Source of the DNA: an uncultured Trueperaceae bacterium
Lineage (GTDB): Bacteria > Deinococcota > Deinococci > Deinococcales > Trueperaceae
Reading direction: 5' to 3'
Length of the DNA stretch: 64,000 nt
NCBI GenBank assembly: GCA_963727505.1
Contig: CAVSGP010000006.1
Coordinates: forward strand, 96,001 to 160,000
Below the pieces are notes generated by a model. That model ran no database searches and was not told where the DNA came from. It worked only from the letters and a program-made list of their open reading frames with translations. Within the stretch, counting starts at the first letter, position 1; every line of letters begins with the position of its first letter. The translations under genes and the position numbers were made by a program. Positions 53,860 to 63,512 of this stretch are shown here, piece after piece.

Positions 53860-54690
53860 CTACCCCTGCACGCGTTCCGAACGCAGTTGGAGCGCCTTCG
53901 TGCGCTCGGGGAAGTGGCGTGTCAGCCTCGCCTTGCGCAAGTTCTCGCGCGCGATCCAGAGCCCGTCCCCGTCGCCACTCGCGAGCAGCTCCTCCAGCAG
54001 CGCGAAGCCGGACTCCGGTCTGGCGACGATGACCACGCTCAGGGTGTAGCCCAGCGCCTGCCGCAGCGTACGGACCGCGTTCGAGGTGCGGTTGCCGGAC
54101 GCGAACAGGCGCGTCACGATCTCGCGGTGCAGCGTGACGGCTGCGTCGGCGATCTCGCCGATCGCCAGGACCGCCGGTTCGGCGAGGGCCGCCGCCACCG
54201 CGCGGAGCTCCAGCGGGCGACCTTCCTGCACCCAACTCTCGAGCGCCGTCAGGGTCGTCTCGCGGCGCGCCAGCAGCAGGCGCTGCAACCCCATCGCCGC
54301 GGCCTCATGCAGGCGCCAGCGCGGATCGGCCGCTGCGCCGCGCGCGATGTCGAGGGCGGCCGCCGTGCGGTCTTCGACGAGGCACGCCACCGCAGCGGCG
54401 CCCAGGGTGCCGCAGAACGCCACGAACTCGCCGGGATCATTCACCGGTGCGCGGTGGGCCGACAACGCCGCCAGGCTGCTGCACAGATCCCACCAGGGCG
54501 CTGGCTCCTGCGCCGCGCGGCCGGCGACCTCCTCGGCGAACGCCGCGGCCAGCTCCAGGTTGGCGCGCGGGCCCGGAAGGTGGCTGTACTCCAGGAGCAC
54601 GCTCCTCACAGGGGCGTCGGCGAGCGAGTTCCGGTAGCGGTCCAAGGCGGCGAGGAGCGCCGCGGTCTCGGGTCGTGGCCGCGTAGGCAT
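53860..54690 (-). CDS. HEAT-repeat-like alpha-helical protein
   Basis: SHLPGPRANLELA, ADPRWRLHEAAAMGLQR, LRQALGY, WIARENLRKARL. Confidence 0.75.
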   Translation of the reverse strand: MPTRPRPETAALLAALDRYRNSLADAPVRSVLLEYSHLPGPRANLELAAAFAEEVAGRAAQEPAPWWDLCSSLAALSAHRAPVNDPGEFVAFCGTLGAAAVACLVEDRTAAALDIARGAAADPRWRLHEAAAMGLQRLLLARRETTLTALESWVQEGRPLELRAVAAALAEPAVLAIGEIADAAVTLHREIVTRLFASGNRTSNAVRTLRQALGYTLSVVIVARPESGFALLEELLASGDGDGLWIARENLRKARLTRHFPERTKALQLRSERVQG

Positions 54691-54915
54691 GCCTCAGTTT
54701 GGCGCCCCGACGCTCCCCGGGGGCCTGCCCAGGTCACCGCAGGTCGCGCTCGCGGGGCCGCGCTGCGTCCCCTGGAAGTCCACGGTCGGGGCCGAAGAGG
54801 GTCCATACGCACTAAGCTGGCTCGAGGCTCGCCGCCCCGACCCACGGCGGGCCGGCATAGAAGCGGAGCGGCCGATGCGGCCGCATCCATGGGCGGGAGA
54901 GGGACGGTGCCGGCG

Positions 54916-56034
54916 ATGCCTGAGGAGCCGCCACGCGACGGAACGCGCCTGGGCCGCGAGCGCCTGCTGGAGCACTGGCAGGACGAGGGGGATTCTGCCT
55001 TCCTCTACGACCACTTGGCCCGACGCATGAAGGACGGCGAGACGCGCGCGACGCTCGAGCGCCTGGCACAGGACGAGCGCGCGCACCAGCAGGTGTTCGC
55101 GTCGCTGCTGGGCGAGGTCCCACGGTTCGCGCCCTCGGCGCGCACGCGTATGCTGCTGCTCGGTTCCCGGATGCTTGGGCCGCGGCTGGTGCTGGCGCTG
55201 GCCACCAACGAGGAGGGGGCCGAGGTCGCGCGCTTCCTGCAGGAGGCGCAGGACGGCGTCGACGAGCCGTGGGTGCAGCGGCTGGCACGTGAGTCGGCCC
55301 ACCATGCCAGCGTGCTCGCGCGCCTCAGCGGCACCTCGGGCGATCCCTGGCACCATGTCGACTCCGGCGGTCGCCTGCGGAACCTCGTCTACGGCTTCAA
55401 CGACGGACTGACCGCCAATTTCGGACTCATCGCCGGCATGCTGGGCGCCGCCATCCAGCGCGACGTGGTGTTGCTGAGTGGCTTCTCGGGGCTGCTGGCG
55501 TCTTCGCTGTCGATGGCGGCGAGCGGCTATCTGGCCTCCCAGAGCCAGCGCGAGGTCGACGCCAACGAGATCAACACCCAGCGCGCCGAGCTGATGCTCT
55601 TCCCCAGGCGTGAGGAGGACTACCTCGCAGGCCTCTACGAGGAGAAGGGGCTCACCGAGGACGAGGCGCGCAGTGCTGCGCGCCGCGTCATGGCCGACCC
55701 CGAGGTGGCGTTGCGCGAGCTGGCGCGCGAGAAGCTCAAGATCAGCGAGGAGGCCGATCCCCCACTGGTGGAGGGCGCGACGACGGGGCTGGCGACGGTG
55801 TTCGGGGCGCTGGTGCCGATCGTGCCGTTCTTCTTCGGAGGTGGGGCGGTGGCCGCCTGGAGCGCGTTCGCCCTCGCCATGGCGATGCACTTCGTGGTGG
55901 GCGCGGCGCGGAGCGTGTTCACCGGCCGGCCCTGGTTGCGCAGCGGCTTCGACATGTTCGTGGTCGGACTGGGCGTCGCCGCCTTCGGGTACCTCCTGGG
56001 CTACCTGCTGACCGGCATCTTCCCGACCGGCTGA
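54916..56034 (+). CDS. VIT1/CCC1 transporter with an N-terminal rubrerythrin/ferritin-like domain
   Basis: DEGDSAFLY, DERAH, ESAHH; then LRNLVYGFNDGLTANF, SMAASGYLA. Confidence 0.9.
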   Translation: MPEEPPRDGTRLGRERLLEHWQDEGDSAFLYDHLARRMKDGETRATLERLAQDERAHQQVFASLLGEVPRFAPSARTRMLLLGSRMLGPRLVLALATNEEGAEVARFLQEAQDGVDEPWVQRLARESAHHASVLARLSGTSGDPWHHVDSGGRLRNLVYGFNDGLTANFGLIAGMLGAAIQRDVVLLSGFSGLLASSLSMAASGYLASQSQREVDANEINTQRAELMLFPRREEDYLAGLYEEKGLTEDEARSAARRVMADPEVALRELAREKLKISEEADPPLVEGATTGLATVFGALVPIVPFFFGGGAVAAWSAFALAMAMHFVVGAARSVFTGRPWLRSGFDMFVVGLGVAAFGYLLGYLLTGIFPTG

Positions 56035-56140
56035 CGGCGGCGGCCGGGCGCGGCTGCTAGGGTGGGGCCACGATGCGAGTTCCACCCCACGTACACGCGA
56101 CTTCCGGTGCCGGCACGCGCCGCCACCGTACGGCCGCCTG

Positions 56141-56434
56141 ATGGGCCGCTTCCGCGCCTCCTCGCTGGGATCGGGCGCCATCATCCTGGCGGTGCTGCTG
56201 CTGATCCTGCACCGCAACGGCACCGGCTTGCTGTTCCTGGTCGTCGGGGGCGGGCTGTTGTGGTACGGCCGCAACCAGCGCCAAGCACAGGAGCGCTCCA
56301 CGCAGGAAGGCGAGGGCGCCGACGCCGGTGCCGAGGGTGAGGTGGTCGCCGGTGGCTCGGTTGCGGATGGCTCCGACGCGGATGGCTCCGAAGAGGACAC
56401 CGATGCGCGGCGCCCGCACGACGGCGAGGCCTGA
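56141..56434 (+). CDS. Small membrane protein with an acidic tail
   Basis: Two hydrophobic segments followed by an E/D-rich tail. Confidence 0.55.
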   Translation: MGRFRASSLGSGAIILAVLLLILHRNGTGLLFLVVGGGLLWYGRNQRQAQERSTQEGEGADAGAEGEVVAGGSVADGSDADGSEEDTDARRPHDGEA

Positions 56435-56595
56435 ACCGGGCGCGCCGAGCACCCTCCCCGCCTGTTCACCCTGGGCGCCCGTCCGCCCTGCACACCCTTC
56501 GGTCCTGCGCGCCCGTCCGCCCTGCGCGCCCGTCCGCCCTGCGCGTCGCCGGCGAGGTAAGAAGGCCGTTAGTCGGCCGCTGCTAGGCTTCTACC

Positions 56596-56865
56596 ATGAA
56601 GGAAGGGTCTCGCCCCATGAAGCGCTGCTCGGACACCGAGCTGGAGGCGATGGTGACGCGCTACGAACGCGCGCTGTTCGCCGGGACCTCCAGCCACCGT
56701 GACGTGGTGAAGCTGATCGCGGCCGAACAGGAGATCCTGCGCCGCGAGGCCAAGCGCGTCAAGCAGACGGTGAACGAGGAGCGCCGGGCCCGCACGGTCT
56801 CGAGCAGCGAGGGCTGGCTCTCGGTCACGCCCGAAGCAGCGCCCAAGCAGCGCCGGCCGAACTGA
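56596..56865 (+). CDS. Small helical hypothetical protein
   Basis: MKEGSRPMKRCSDTELEAMV...; TAGGCT -10 box 6 nt before ATG. Confidence 0.7.
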   Translation: MKEGSRPMKRCSDTELEAMVTRYERALFAGTSSHRDVVKLIAAEQEILRREAKRVKQTVNEERRARTVSSSEGWLSVTPEAAPKQRRPN

Positions 56866-56925
56866 GCGCCCGGTCCTGAAGGGCCGCCACCGGGACGTCG
56901 TTGCTTCCCGCGCCGAGCCCGCCCG

Positions 56926-58647
56926 TCAGTGCGGCGAAGTGACGCCCGAGCCCTTCTCGTTCGACAACGCCAACCCCACCACCACGGGATCGTGATCCGA
57001 CGCCCGGTAGGGCGTCCGTGGCGCCGGCACGAACGCCGGCGCGTGCCCGAAGGCGCCGACCAGGGCGGACTCGTCGGCGTCGATGTGCCAGATGGCGGAC
57101 CCTGCGAGCTGCGGCGCCAGCGCGGGGCTCGCCAGCAGGTAGTCGAGCGTCCCGGAACGGCCGGCGTAGACGTAGCTGTAGCGGTCGCGCGCGGGCAAGG
57201 TGTGCGCAGCGTCGACGAAGCCGGCGCCCTCGAACAGCCGCAGTGGCGGCTCGGCGGCGTAGCTGTTGAGGTCGCCTGCCAGCAGCACGTCCCGGTCCCC
57301 GGTGGTGCGCTGCAGGTGGGCGACGAATTCGAGGACCGCCTGCGCCTGTGCGCTGCGGCGCAGGTTCCAGCAGCCCGAGCCGCGGTCGATGTCTCCGGCC
57401 GCGGGACAGCCCCCCTTCGACTTGAGGTGCAGCGCCACCAGCGTGAACACACCGCCGCCGCGCTGCCGGAAGGTCGCGGCCACCGGCGCGCGTTCGAACA
57501 GCGGACGGGGATCGCTGGCGCTCGCCACGAGCTCGAGCGCCGACGGCCGGTAGAGCACCGCCTGCTTGATCCGGTCGCCACCCACGCCGCGGGCCGGGTC
57601 GGCGACCGCGGCATACACGTTGCCGCCGAGGCGCGCGTTGAGCGCCGCCAGGAGGGCGTTCTCGCTGCGCATGCCGTCGTTCTCGACCTCCTGCAAGGCG
57701 ATCGCGTCGGCGTCCAGGCCGGCCAGGGCGGCGACCAGCTTGGCGCGCTGCAGCGCGCGCTGGCCGGGGCTGCGCGCGCCGCGCTGGCCGAGGGTGGTGA
57801 AGTAGTTGTGGACGTTGAAGGTGGCGATCCGCAGGGTGCCCCCGACGGGCGGTGGGGCCGCGGGGCGGGGGTTGGTGGCGACGAGCCGCGGCGCGGTCAC
57901 CGGCTCGAGCCGGTAGCGGTCGATCCCCGCCGCATTCACCACCGCCGTGACGTCGCGGACGCTGTCTCCCACGCGCGGTGGACGCCCGGTCCGGAGCAGG
58001 TAGGGGACCGGCGTCGGGTCGCGTCGCCGGCTGCCGTCGTCCAGCACGATGCCTCCCGGAGTCGATGCGGCCGTGCCCGAGCCTTGCGTGGCTGCGAACA
58101 GCCTCGCGGCGGCCAGCCCGAGCTCCCCGTCGCGCGCCAGCGGGTACACGTCGGTGACGACCAGCGGCCCCGGGAGCGTCACCAGCATGCCTTCGAGCGC
58201 CTCCCAGGCGGCGGGTCCGTCGACCGGCAGGCGCACGATCCTTGGTGGCGGGAGCGCGGCGCTGCCGCAGCGCTCCAGCCGCGAGACCGAGCTGAGCTGC
58301 GTCATGCCGCCCGTCTCCCGCACGTTGCCGGCGACCCGGACCGCGTCGCCGGGACCGGGCGAACGCGCGCCGCCGGCGATCCTCACGAAGAGCCCGTCGG
58401 ACGTCGCGGGGTCGCCGTCACCGACCGCGTCCTGTAGGAAGAAGCCCTCCAGACCGTCGGCGCCGGGGAAGGCGGCGGTCACGACGCCCTGCACGGTGAC
58501 GTCCCTTCCGGCCAGGGGCGAGGACGGGCCGTCACCCTGGACGGCGGCGATGGCGGTGATGCCGGTGCCGACCGGACAGCCGGCGATGGCAGGGGTACCG
58601 GCCGCCAGCAGCGCCGCCAGCACGAGTCCCCGCAGCAGGCGTGGCAT
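56926..58647 (-). CDS. ExeM/NucH family extracellular nuclease
   Basis: Signal peptide; AVQG..SPL, GFFLQD..GDGDPATSDGLFV, ATFNVHNYF, LQEVEND, HLKSKG, GDLNSY, LDY, ASDHDPV. Confidence 0.92.
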   Translation of the reverse strand: MPRLLRGLVLAALLAAGTPAIAGCPVGTGITAIAAVQGDGPSSPLAGRDVTVQGVVTAAFPGADGLEGFFLQDAVGDGDPATSDGLFVRIAGGARSPGPGDAVRVAGNVRETGGMTQLSSVSRLERCGSAALPPPRIVRLPVDGPAAWEALEGMLVTLPGPLVVTDVYPLARDGELGLAAARLFAATQGSGTAASTPGGIVLDDGSRRRDPTPVPYLLRTGRPPRVGDSVRDVTAVVNAAGIDRYRLEPVTAPRLVATNPRPAAPPPVGGTLRIATFNVHNYFTTLGQRGARSPGQRALQRAKLVAALAGLDADAIALQEVENDGMRSENALLAALNARLGGNVYAAVADPARGVGGDRIKQAVLYRPSALELVASASDPRPLFERAPVAATFRQRGGGVFTLVALHLKSKGGCPAAGDIDRGSGCWNLRRSAQAQAVLEFVAHLQRTTGDRDVLLAGDLNSYAAEPPLRLFEGAGFVDAAHTLPARDRYSYVYAGRSGTLDYLLASPALAPQLAGSAIWHIDADESALVGAFGHAPAFVPAPRTPYRASDHDPVVVGLALSNEKGSGVTSPH

Positions 58648-58794
58648 GGCGTAGTCTACCGGCCGGCGCGGGGCGGCCGGATCCCGTTGGCGGTCGCGAG
58701 CGCGCGTTCGGGACTCCGACTCGACCCCGGTGCCGTCGCTTGCCGTTCCCGTGCCGCTCAGAAGATCGCGGGACGCGCCGCTGTAGGCTGGGGC

Positions 58795-59478
58795 ATGCCG
58801 ATCCGCGACGACTTCATCCTGCGCATGCTCGACCAGGTGGGCGAGGCGATCGCCCGCGTGCTCACCGGCCGAAGCCCGGGCGCGGAGCAGATGGCGGAGC
58901 AGGAGCTGACCAGCGCCTACCAGGAGCTCACCGGGTCCGGCCGGGCGCTGGTGGCGCGACTCTCCTCGGAGCAACTGCTGGCCATCCTGGGCGCGCCCGC
59001 GCGCTTCCATCGCGAACGCGGCTACGTGCTGGCCAGGCTGCTGGAGGTCGACGCCACGCTGATCGAAGAGAGCGGCGGGGAAGAAGATGCCGCGGCGGCC
59101 GCGCGCCTGAAGTCGCTCGACCTCTTCCTGGAGTCGGCTCGGGCCGGCCTGGACGAGGAGGACCTGGGCGAGCGTGTCGCCGGTCTGCGGGAAGCGCTGG
59201 CCGCGCTGCATCTCCCCGAGGCCAGCCACTGGCGGGTCTTCGAGTACGTTGCGGACGAGGGCCGCTACGCGGCGGCCGAGGACCTGCTCTTCGAAGGGCT
59301 CGAGCGCTTCGGCCCTGCCCACGCCGTCGCCGAGCGCGGCCGCGCCTTCTACCGCGCCCTGGACGCCCTGGCGGACGCCGACCTGGAGGCCGGCGCGTTG
59401 CCGCGGACCGAGGTGGGCGAGGGCCGGACGACGTTCGAGGCCGAGCTGGAACGCGCTCCGAGCGAGGAGACGCGGTGA
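58795..59478 (+). CDS. DUF6483-like helical protein
   Basis: MPIRDDFILRMLDQ..., GRYAAAEDLLF, C-terminal LEAGALPRTEV; TAGGCT -10 box 5 nt before ATG. Confidence 0.75.
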   Translation: MPIRDDFILRMLDQVGEAIARVLTGRSPGAEQMAEQELTSAYQELTGSGRALVARLSSEQLLAILGAPARFHRERGYVLARLLEVDATLIEESGGEEDAAAAARLKSLDLFLESARAGLDEEDLGERVAGLREALAALHLPEASHWRVFEYVADEGRYAAAEDLLFEGLERFGPAHAVAERGRAFYRALDALADADLEAGALPRTEVGEGRTTFEAELERAPSEETR

Positions 59479-60665
59479 GTGCGGCGCCGCTCGGTCGCTG
59501 GGCCTCGACGCGGGCGCGGGCGATGCCCGCCAGTATGTTCGCCACCATGGACGCCGCCAAGGCCGAGGCCCGCGCGGCGGGCAGGGACGTCATCGACCTC
59601 TCGATCGGCTCCTCCGACCTGCCGCCGCCCCGAAGCGCCGTCGACGCACTGCGCCGCACGGCGGACGACCCGTCGGCCTATGGCTACTGTCTCCAGGCGT
59701 GCACGCGGCCGCTGCGCGAGGCGGTGGTCCGCTGGTACGCGCGCCGCTACCCCGCCGCGCCCGCCCTCGATCCCGATCTCCACGTGCTTCCCCTGATCGG
59801 GTCGCAGGAGGGGCTCGCCCACCTGCTTCTGGCCGTCGCGGATCCCGGCGACACCGTTCTGATGCCCGATCCGGCGTATCCCTCGTACTTCGGCGCCGCC
59901 GCACTGGCCGGCGTGGAGCGCGTGGCGATGCCGCTGCTGGAGGAGAACGGGTTCCTGCCCGACCTCGCGGCCGTGCCCGGAGAGGCCGCCGCGAAGGCGC
60001 GTGCGATGGTGCTCAGCTACCCCAACAACCCCACGGCCGGCGTGGCGGACGCGGCGTTCTTCGACCACGCCATCCGCTTCGCGGCGGAGCGCGGGATGTT
60101 GCTGGTGCACGACTTCCCCTACGTCGATACGGTGTTCGGCGACTACCAGGCGCCTTCGCTGCTGGCGCGGCCGGGCGGGCTGGCGACCGGCATCGAGCTC
60201 TACTCGTGCTCCAAGAGCTTCCACCTGGCCGGGCTGCGGATGGGCTGGGCCGTGGGGCACGAGGATGCCATCGCCGCGCTCGCCCGCGTCAAGGGCGCCA
60301 TCGACTTCAACCAGTACCTCGGCGCGCAGCGCGCCGCGATCGCCGCGCTCGAGCAACCGCGCGAGCACCGCCGTGCCGACGCCGAGCGCTTCCGGCAGCG
60401 TCGCGACGCGCTGGTCGAAGCCTTGAACGCCTCCGGCTGGGAGACGCCCGCGCCGCGGGCCAGCATGTACGTTTGGACACGCCTGCCCGCCGGCCGCAGC
60501 GACTCCTTCGCCTTCTGCCTCGAGCTGGTGAGGGGCGCCGGCGTCGCGCTGGCGCCCGGGCGCGCCTTCGGGGAGCGTGGCGAGGGTTACGTGCGTTTCG
60601 CCCTGGTGCAGGAGCCCGAGCGCTTGCGCGAGGCGGTGGAGCGCATCCGCCGGTCGCTCGACTGA
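59475..60665 (+). CDS. Class I/II PLP aminotransferase (LL-DAP aminotransferase-like)
   Basis: VIDLSIGSSD, GSQEGLAH, YPNNPT, HDFPY, SCSKSFHLAGLRMG, GEGYVRFAL. Confidence 0.9.
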   Translation: MSAAPLGRWASTRARAMPASMFATMDAAKAEARAAGRDVIDLSIGSSDLPPPRSAVDALRRTADDPSAYGYCLQACTRPLREAVVRWYARRYPAAPALDPDLHVLPLIGSQEGLAHLLLAVADPGDTVLMPDPAYPSYFGAAALAGVERVAMPLLEENGFLPDLAAVPGEAAAKARAMVLSYPNNPTAGVADAAFFDHAIRFAAERGMLLVHDFPYVDTVFGDYQAPSLLARPGGLATGIELYSCSKSFHLAGLRMGWAVGHEDAIAALARVKGAIDFNQYLGAQRAAIAALEQPREHRRADAERFRQRRDALVEALNASGWETPAPRASMYVWTRLPAGRSDSFAFCLELVRGAGVALAPGRAFGERGEGYVRFALVQEPERLREAVERIRRSLD

Positions 60666-60672
60666 GCGGCGC

Positions 60673-61308
60673 TCACGGGGGTCCGATGCGCTCGCTCGTC
60701 CCCTCGGGAGCCGCATCTGCGGTGTCGGCGGACGCGCCCTCGCCGGCCGCGCTCTCCCTGGCGACGCGCACCGGCGGCTCTTCGTCGCGCCGACGCACCT
60801 CCCACAGCCCCTGGAGGTTGATGCCGAAGTGTGCCACCACCGCCGGCACCAGGCTGCCGGTTGTCAGGGTGAGCGCGCCGAACGTCAGGCCCGCGACCGC
60901 GGCGAACGCCGGGTAGGCCCAGGCGCGGCGCGGCACCGGGTGGAACAGCCCGAACAGCAGCGCCTGTGCCACCAGCCCCAGCAGCGGCATCAACGCACCC
61001 CGGAAGAACAGCTCCTCCGCGCCGGCGGTGGCGGCGGCCAGCAGCAGCGCCGTCCACGCCGGGAGCGCCACCGAGCGGAGCGCGCTCTCCAGCAGCCGGC
61101 TGGCGTAACGGAACGACGGCAGGGTCCGTTCCAGCAACCAGGCGGCGCCCAGAAGCAGGAGGGCGGTGAACATGCCGGCGAGGATCTGCTCGCCGAGACC
61201 GATGCGCGCGGCGTAGGGCCACGGGCGCAGCAGCAGCCAGACGCCGCCCAGGACGCCGAGCGCCAGGCTGGGCAGGAAGAGCAGGGCGCGGCGCAAGGGG
61301 CTCGTCAC
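60673..61308 (-). CDS. CPBP (Abi/CAAX) family intramembrane protease
   Basis: EELFFRG, FGLFH, VAHFGIN. Confidence 0.9.
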   Translation of the reverse strand: MTSPLRRALLFLPSLALGVLGGVWLLLRPWPYAARIGLGEQILAGMFTALLLLGAAWLLERTLPSFRYASRLLESALRSVALPAWTALLLAAATAGAEELFFRGALMPLLGLVAQALLFGLFHPVPRRAWAYPAFAAVAGLTFGALTLTTGSLVPAVVAHFGINLQGLWEVRRRDEEPPVRVARESAAGEGASADTADAAPEGTSERIGPP

Positions 61309-62651
61309 GGTCCCCACCCCTGCGCTTCGGCGTAGTGGCGCAGCAGCGCCTCGGCGTCCTCGGTCGTGGCGATGTCGCCGACCGCTTCGGCCTCGCGCAG
61401 GAGCCGCAGGGCCTCGCCCACCCGCGGGCCGGGCGGGATGCCGAGCAGGCGCATCACCGTCTCGCCGTCGAGCAGCGGCGCCGCCGCCGTTGGCTCGTCC
61501 AGGATGGCGAGCACGCGGGCCAGCGCCAGCCTGTACGCCTGCCGGCGGCCCTCGCTGGCGAGAGGACCGCGGGCGGCCTCGCGGTCGGCGATCATCAGCT
61601 TCAGGAGGTCGGGCAGGAGCGTCCCGCGGCGGTGCACGAAGCGCCGCGCCTCACGCTCGCCCCGGGGTAGCGGAAGCATGTGGTAGCGCACCAGCGACCC
61701 GACGCGGTCGGCGAGGGCGCGGGGTTGATGCAGCCGCGCCAGCGCCGTCTGGGCCAGCCGCTGCCCGAGCCGCGCGTGCCCGTAGAAGTGGATGCGCCCG
61801 TCCTCGCCGGGCCCGCGGGTGGCGGGCTTGCCGATGTCGTGCAGGAGCGTGGCCCAGCGCAGGGCGGCATCCGCTTCGGGGAAGCCCTGCACGAGCTGGT
61901 TCAGCGCCTCCAGCGCATGCCGTAGCACGTCGAGATGGTGGAAACCGCCCTGCTCGACGCCGCGGCAGGCGGCGAGCTCGGGCAGCAGCACGTCGAGCAG
62001 GCCGAGCTCGTCGGCCAGCGCCAGGCCGCGGGCGGCGGCCGGGTGGAGGAGAAGCAGGTCGAGCTCGTCGCGGATGCGTTCCCACGCAGGAAGCGGGTGC
62101 GTGCCCTCGGCCTGTCGCCGCGCCAGGCGCCGCACCGCGTCGCGCGTCGCGGGCTCGAGCGTCAGCTCGAGCGTGACGGCGAGCCGCACGCCGCGCAGCA
62201 GGCGCAGCGGGTCGTCGGCCAGCGAGGCCTCGGAGGTCATGCGCAACCGCCGCGCGCGCAGGTCGCGCACGCCGCCGAGCGGGTCGTGGACACGGCCGTC
62301 GAGCCCGGCGGCGACCGCGTTGACGGTGAAGTCCCGGCGCCGCAGGTCGGCCTCGAGGCCGACCGTCAGCGGTGCGTAGTCGCAGGTGAGCGCGCCGGCC
62401 ACCACGCGCCAGTGGCCGCGTTCGGCGTCGAGGGCGAAGGCGCTGGCGTCGATGCCGGTGGCCGCCAGGGCCTCCGCCGCGCGCCGCGCCTCGTCCTCGG
62501 GCCGCTCCACCAGCCAGTCGACGTCGCGCGGCTCGCGGCCCGCCAGGGCGTCACGAACAGCGCCCCCCACCAGGAAGCCGCGATGGGGGAGCGGCGTAGA
62601 CTGGGGCATGGCGATGCGCTCCGGGGGCGACGAGCGGCGCAGCCAGCGCAT
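61305..62651 (-). CDS. Class II tRNA nucleotidyltransferase with HD domain (probably CC-adding)
   Basis: VGGAVRD...DVD, DLRRRDFTVNA, DPLGG, DDPLRLLR, HHLDV..H, LLHDIGKP; start 62651 or 62609. Confidence 0.9.
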   Translation of the reverse strand: MRWLRRSSPPERIAMPQSTPLPHRGFLVGGAVRDALAGREPRDVDWLVERPEDEARRAAEALAATGIDASAFALDAERGHWRVVAGALTCDYAPLTVGLEADLRRRDFTVNAVAAGLDGRVHDPLGGVRDLRARRLRMTSEASLADDPLRLLRGVRLAVTLELTLEPATRDAVRRLARRQAEGTHPLPAWERIRDELDLLLLHPAAARGLALADELGLLDVLLPELAACRGVEQGGFHHLDVLRHALEALNQLVQGFPEADAALRWATLLHDIGKPATRGPGEDGRIHFYGHARLGQRLAQTALARLHQPRALADRVGSLVRYHMLPLPRGEREARRFVHRRGTLLPDLLKLMIADREAARGPLASEGRRQAYRLALARVLAILDEPTAAAPLLDGETVMRLLGIPPGPRVGEALRLLREAEAVGDIATTEDAEALLRHYAEAQGWGP

Positions 62652-62687
62652 GGCTCCAATTACAGCACGCGCGGCCGGGGGCCGCCG

Positions 62688-63317
62688 GTGAGCCTGCGCG
62701 TTGGTCTGACGGGGAACATCGGTTCCGGCAAGTCGAGCGTTGCACGCCTGCTGCGGGAGCGGGGGGCGGCGGTCATCGATGCCGACGCGCTGGCCCGCGA
62801 GGCCACGCAGGACCCGAAGGTGCTCGAGGGCATCGCCCGCGACCTCGGCTCCGAGCTGGTGCGAGGCGGGAGGCTCGACCGCGCCGCCACGGCGCGCCGG
62901 GTGTTCGCCGATCCCTCGGCGCGGAGCCGGCTGAATGCCATCGTGCACCCCTGGGTACGTCGCGCCTCGGCCGAGCGCGCTGCGGCCCTCGAGGACGCCG
63001 ATCCGGCGCCGCCGGTGATCGTGTTCGACATCCCGCTGCTCTACGAGAACGGGCTCGAGCTCGGCCTGGACGCAGTCCTCGTGGTGGACGCGGCACTGGA
63101 GGCGAGGGTGGAGCGGGTGCGGGCGCGCAGCGGCCTCGACGCCGCCGAGGTCCGCGCTCGCGACGCGGCGCAGATGCCGCTGTCCGACAAGGTGGCGCGC
63201 GCCGACTTCGTGGTGGACAACAACGCTTCGCCCGAAGCGTTGCGCGACCAGGTCGACGCCCTGTGGCGTAGGCTGCTGGCGCACGCCGGGCAGGGAGGAA
63301 CCGATCGGGACCCGTAG
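62688..63317 (+). CDS. coaE: Dephospho-CoA kinase
   Basis: VGLTGNIGSGKS, IDAD, LNAIVHP, DIPLLYE, AQMP, ADFVVDN. Confidence 0.95.
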   Translation: MSLRVGLTGNIGSGKSSVARLLRERGAAVIDADALAREATQDPKVLEGIARDLGSELVRGGRLDRAATARRVFADPSARSRLNAIVHPWVRRASAERAAALEDADPAPPVIVFDIPLLYENGLELGLDAVLVVDAALEARVERVRARSGLDAAEVRARDAAQMPLSDKVARADFVVDNNASPEALRDQVDALWRRLLAHAGQGGTDRDP

Positions 63318-63367
63318 GAGCGCGACCGTGCCGAACCCCACGCGGCCGGCTGGCTCCCTCCAGGCGT

Positions 63368-63400
63368 ACGGCCACCCCGGCGCAGTGCCGGGGTGGCCGT
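63368..63400. terminator. 14-bp hairpin between convergent genes
   Basis: ACGGCCACCCCGGC-GCAGT-GCCGGGGTGGCCGT. Confidence 0.65.
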
Positions 63401-63512
63401 GAGGCTCCGATCGAACGGGGGAACCCTCCGGTCCGGACCTGAAGGTCCGAACCTTCACGTGCCGATCATCGGGTGCGGACCCTCGTGCGGGATCCGCTGA
63501 GCGCCGACGCGC

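Noticed and set aside
53887..54915. Long N-terminal extension of the VIT1 ORF (715 aa); similarly ilvE (700 aa), ExeM (798 aa) and the nucleotidyltransferase (717 aa)
   Set aside because: The extensions overlap genuine genes on the opposite strand; homology and promoter/SD signals indicate later starts.
63329..63480. Short ORF and stem-loops after coaE as an sRNA or small gene
   Set aside because: The ORF runs through the terminator-like hairpin and has no features; the extra short palindromes match no RNA family I recognise.
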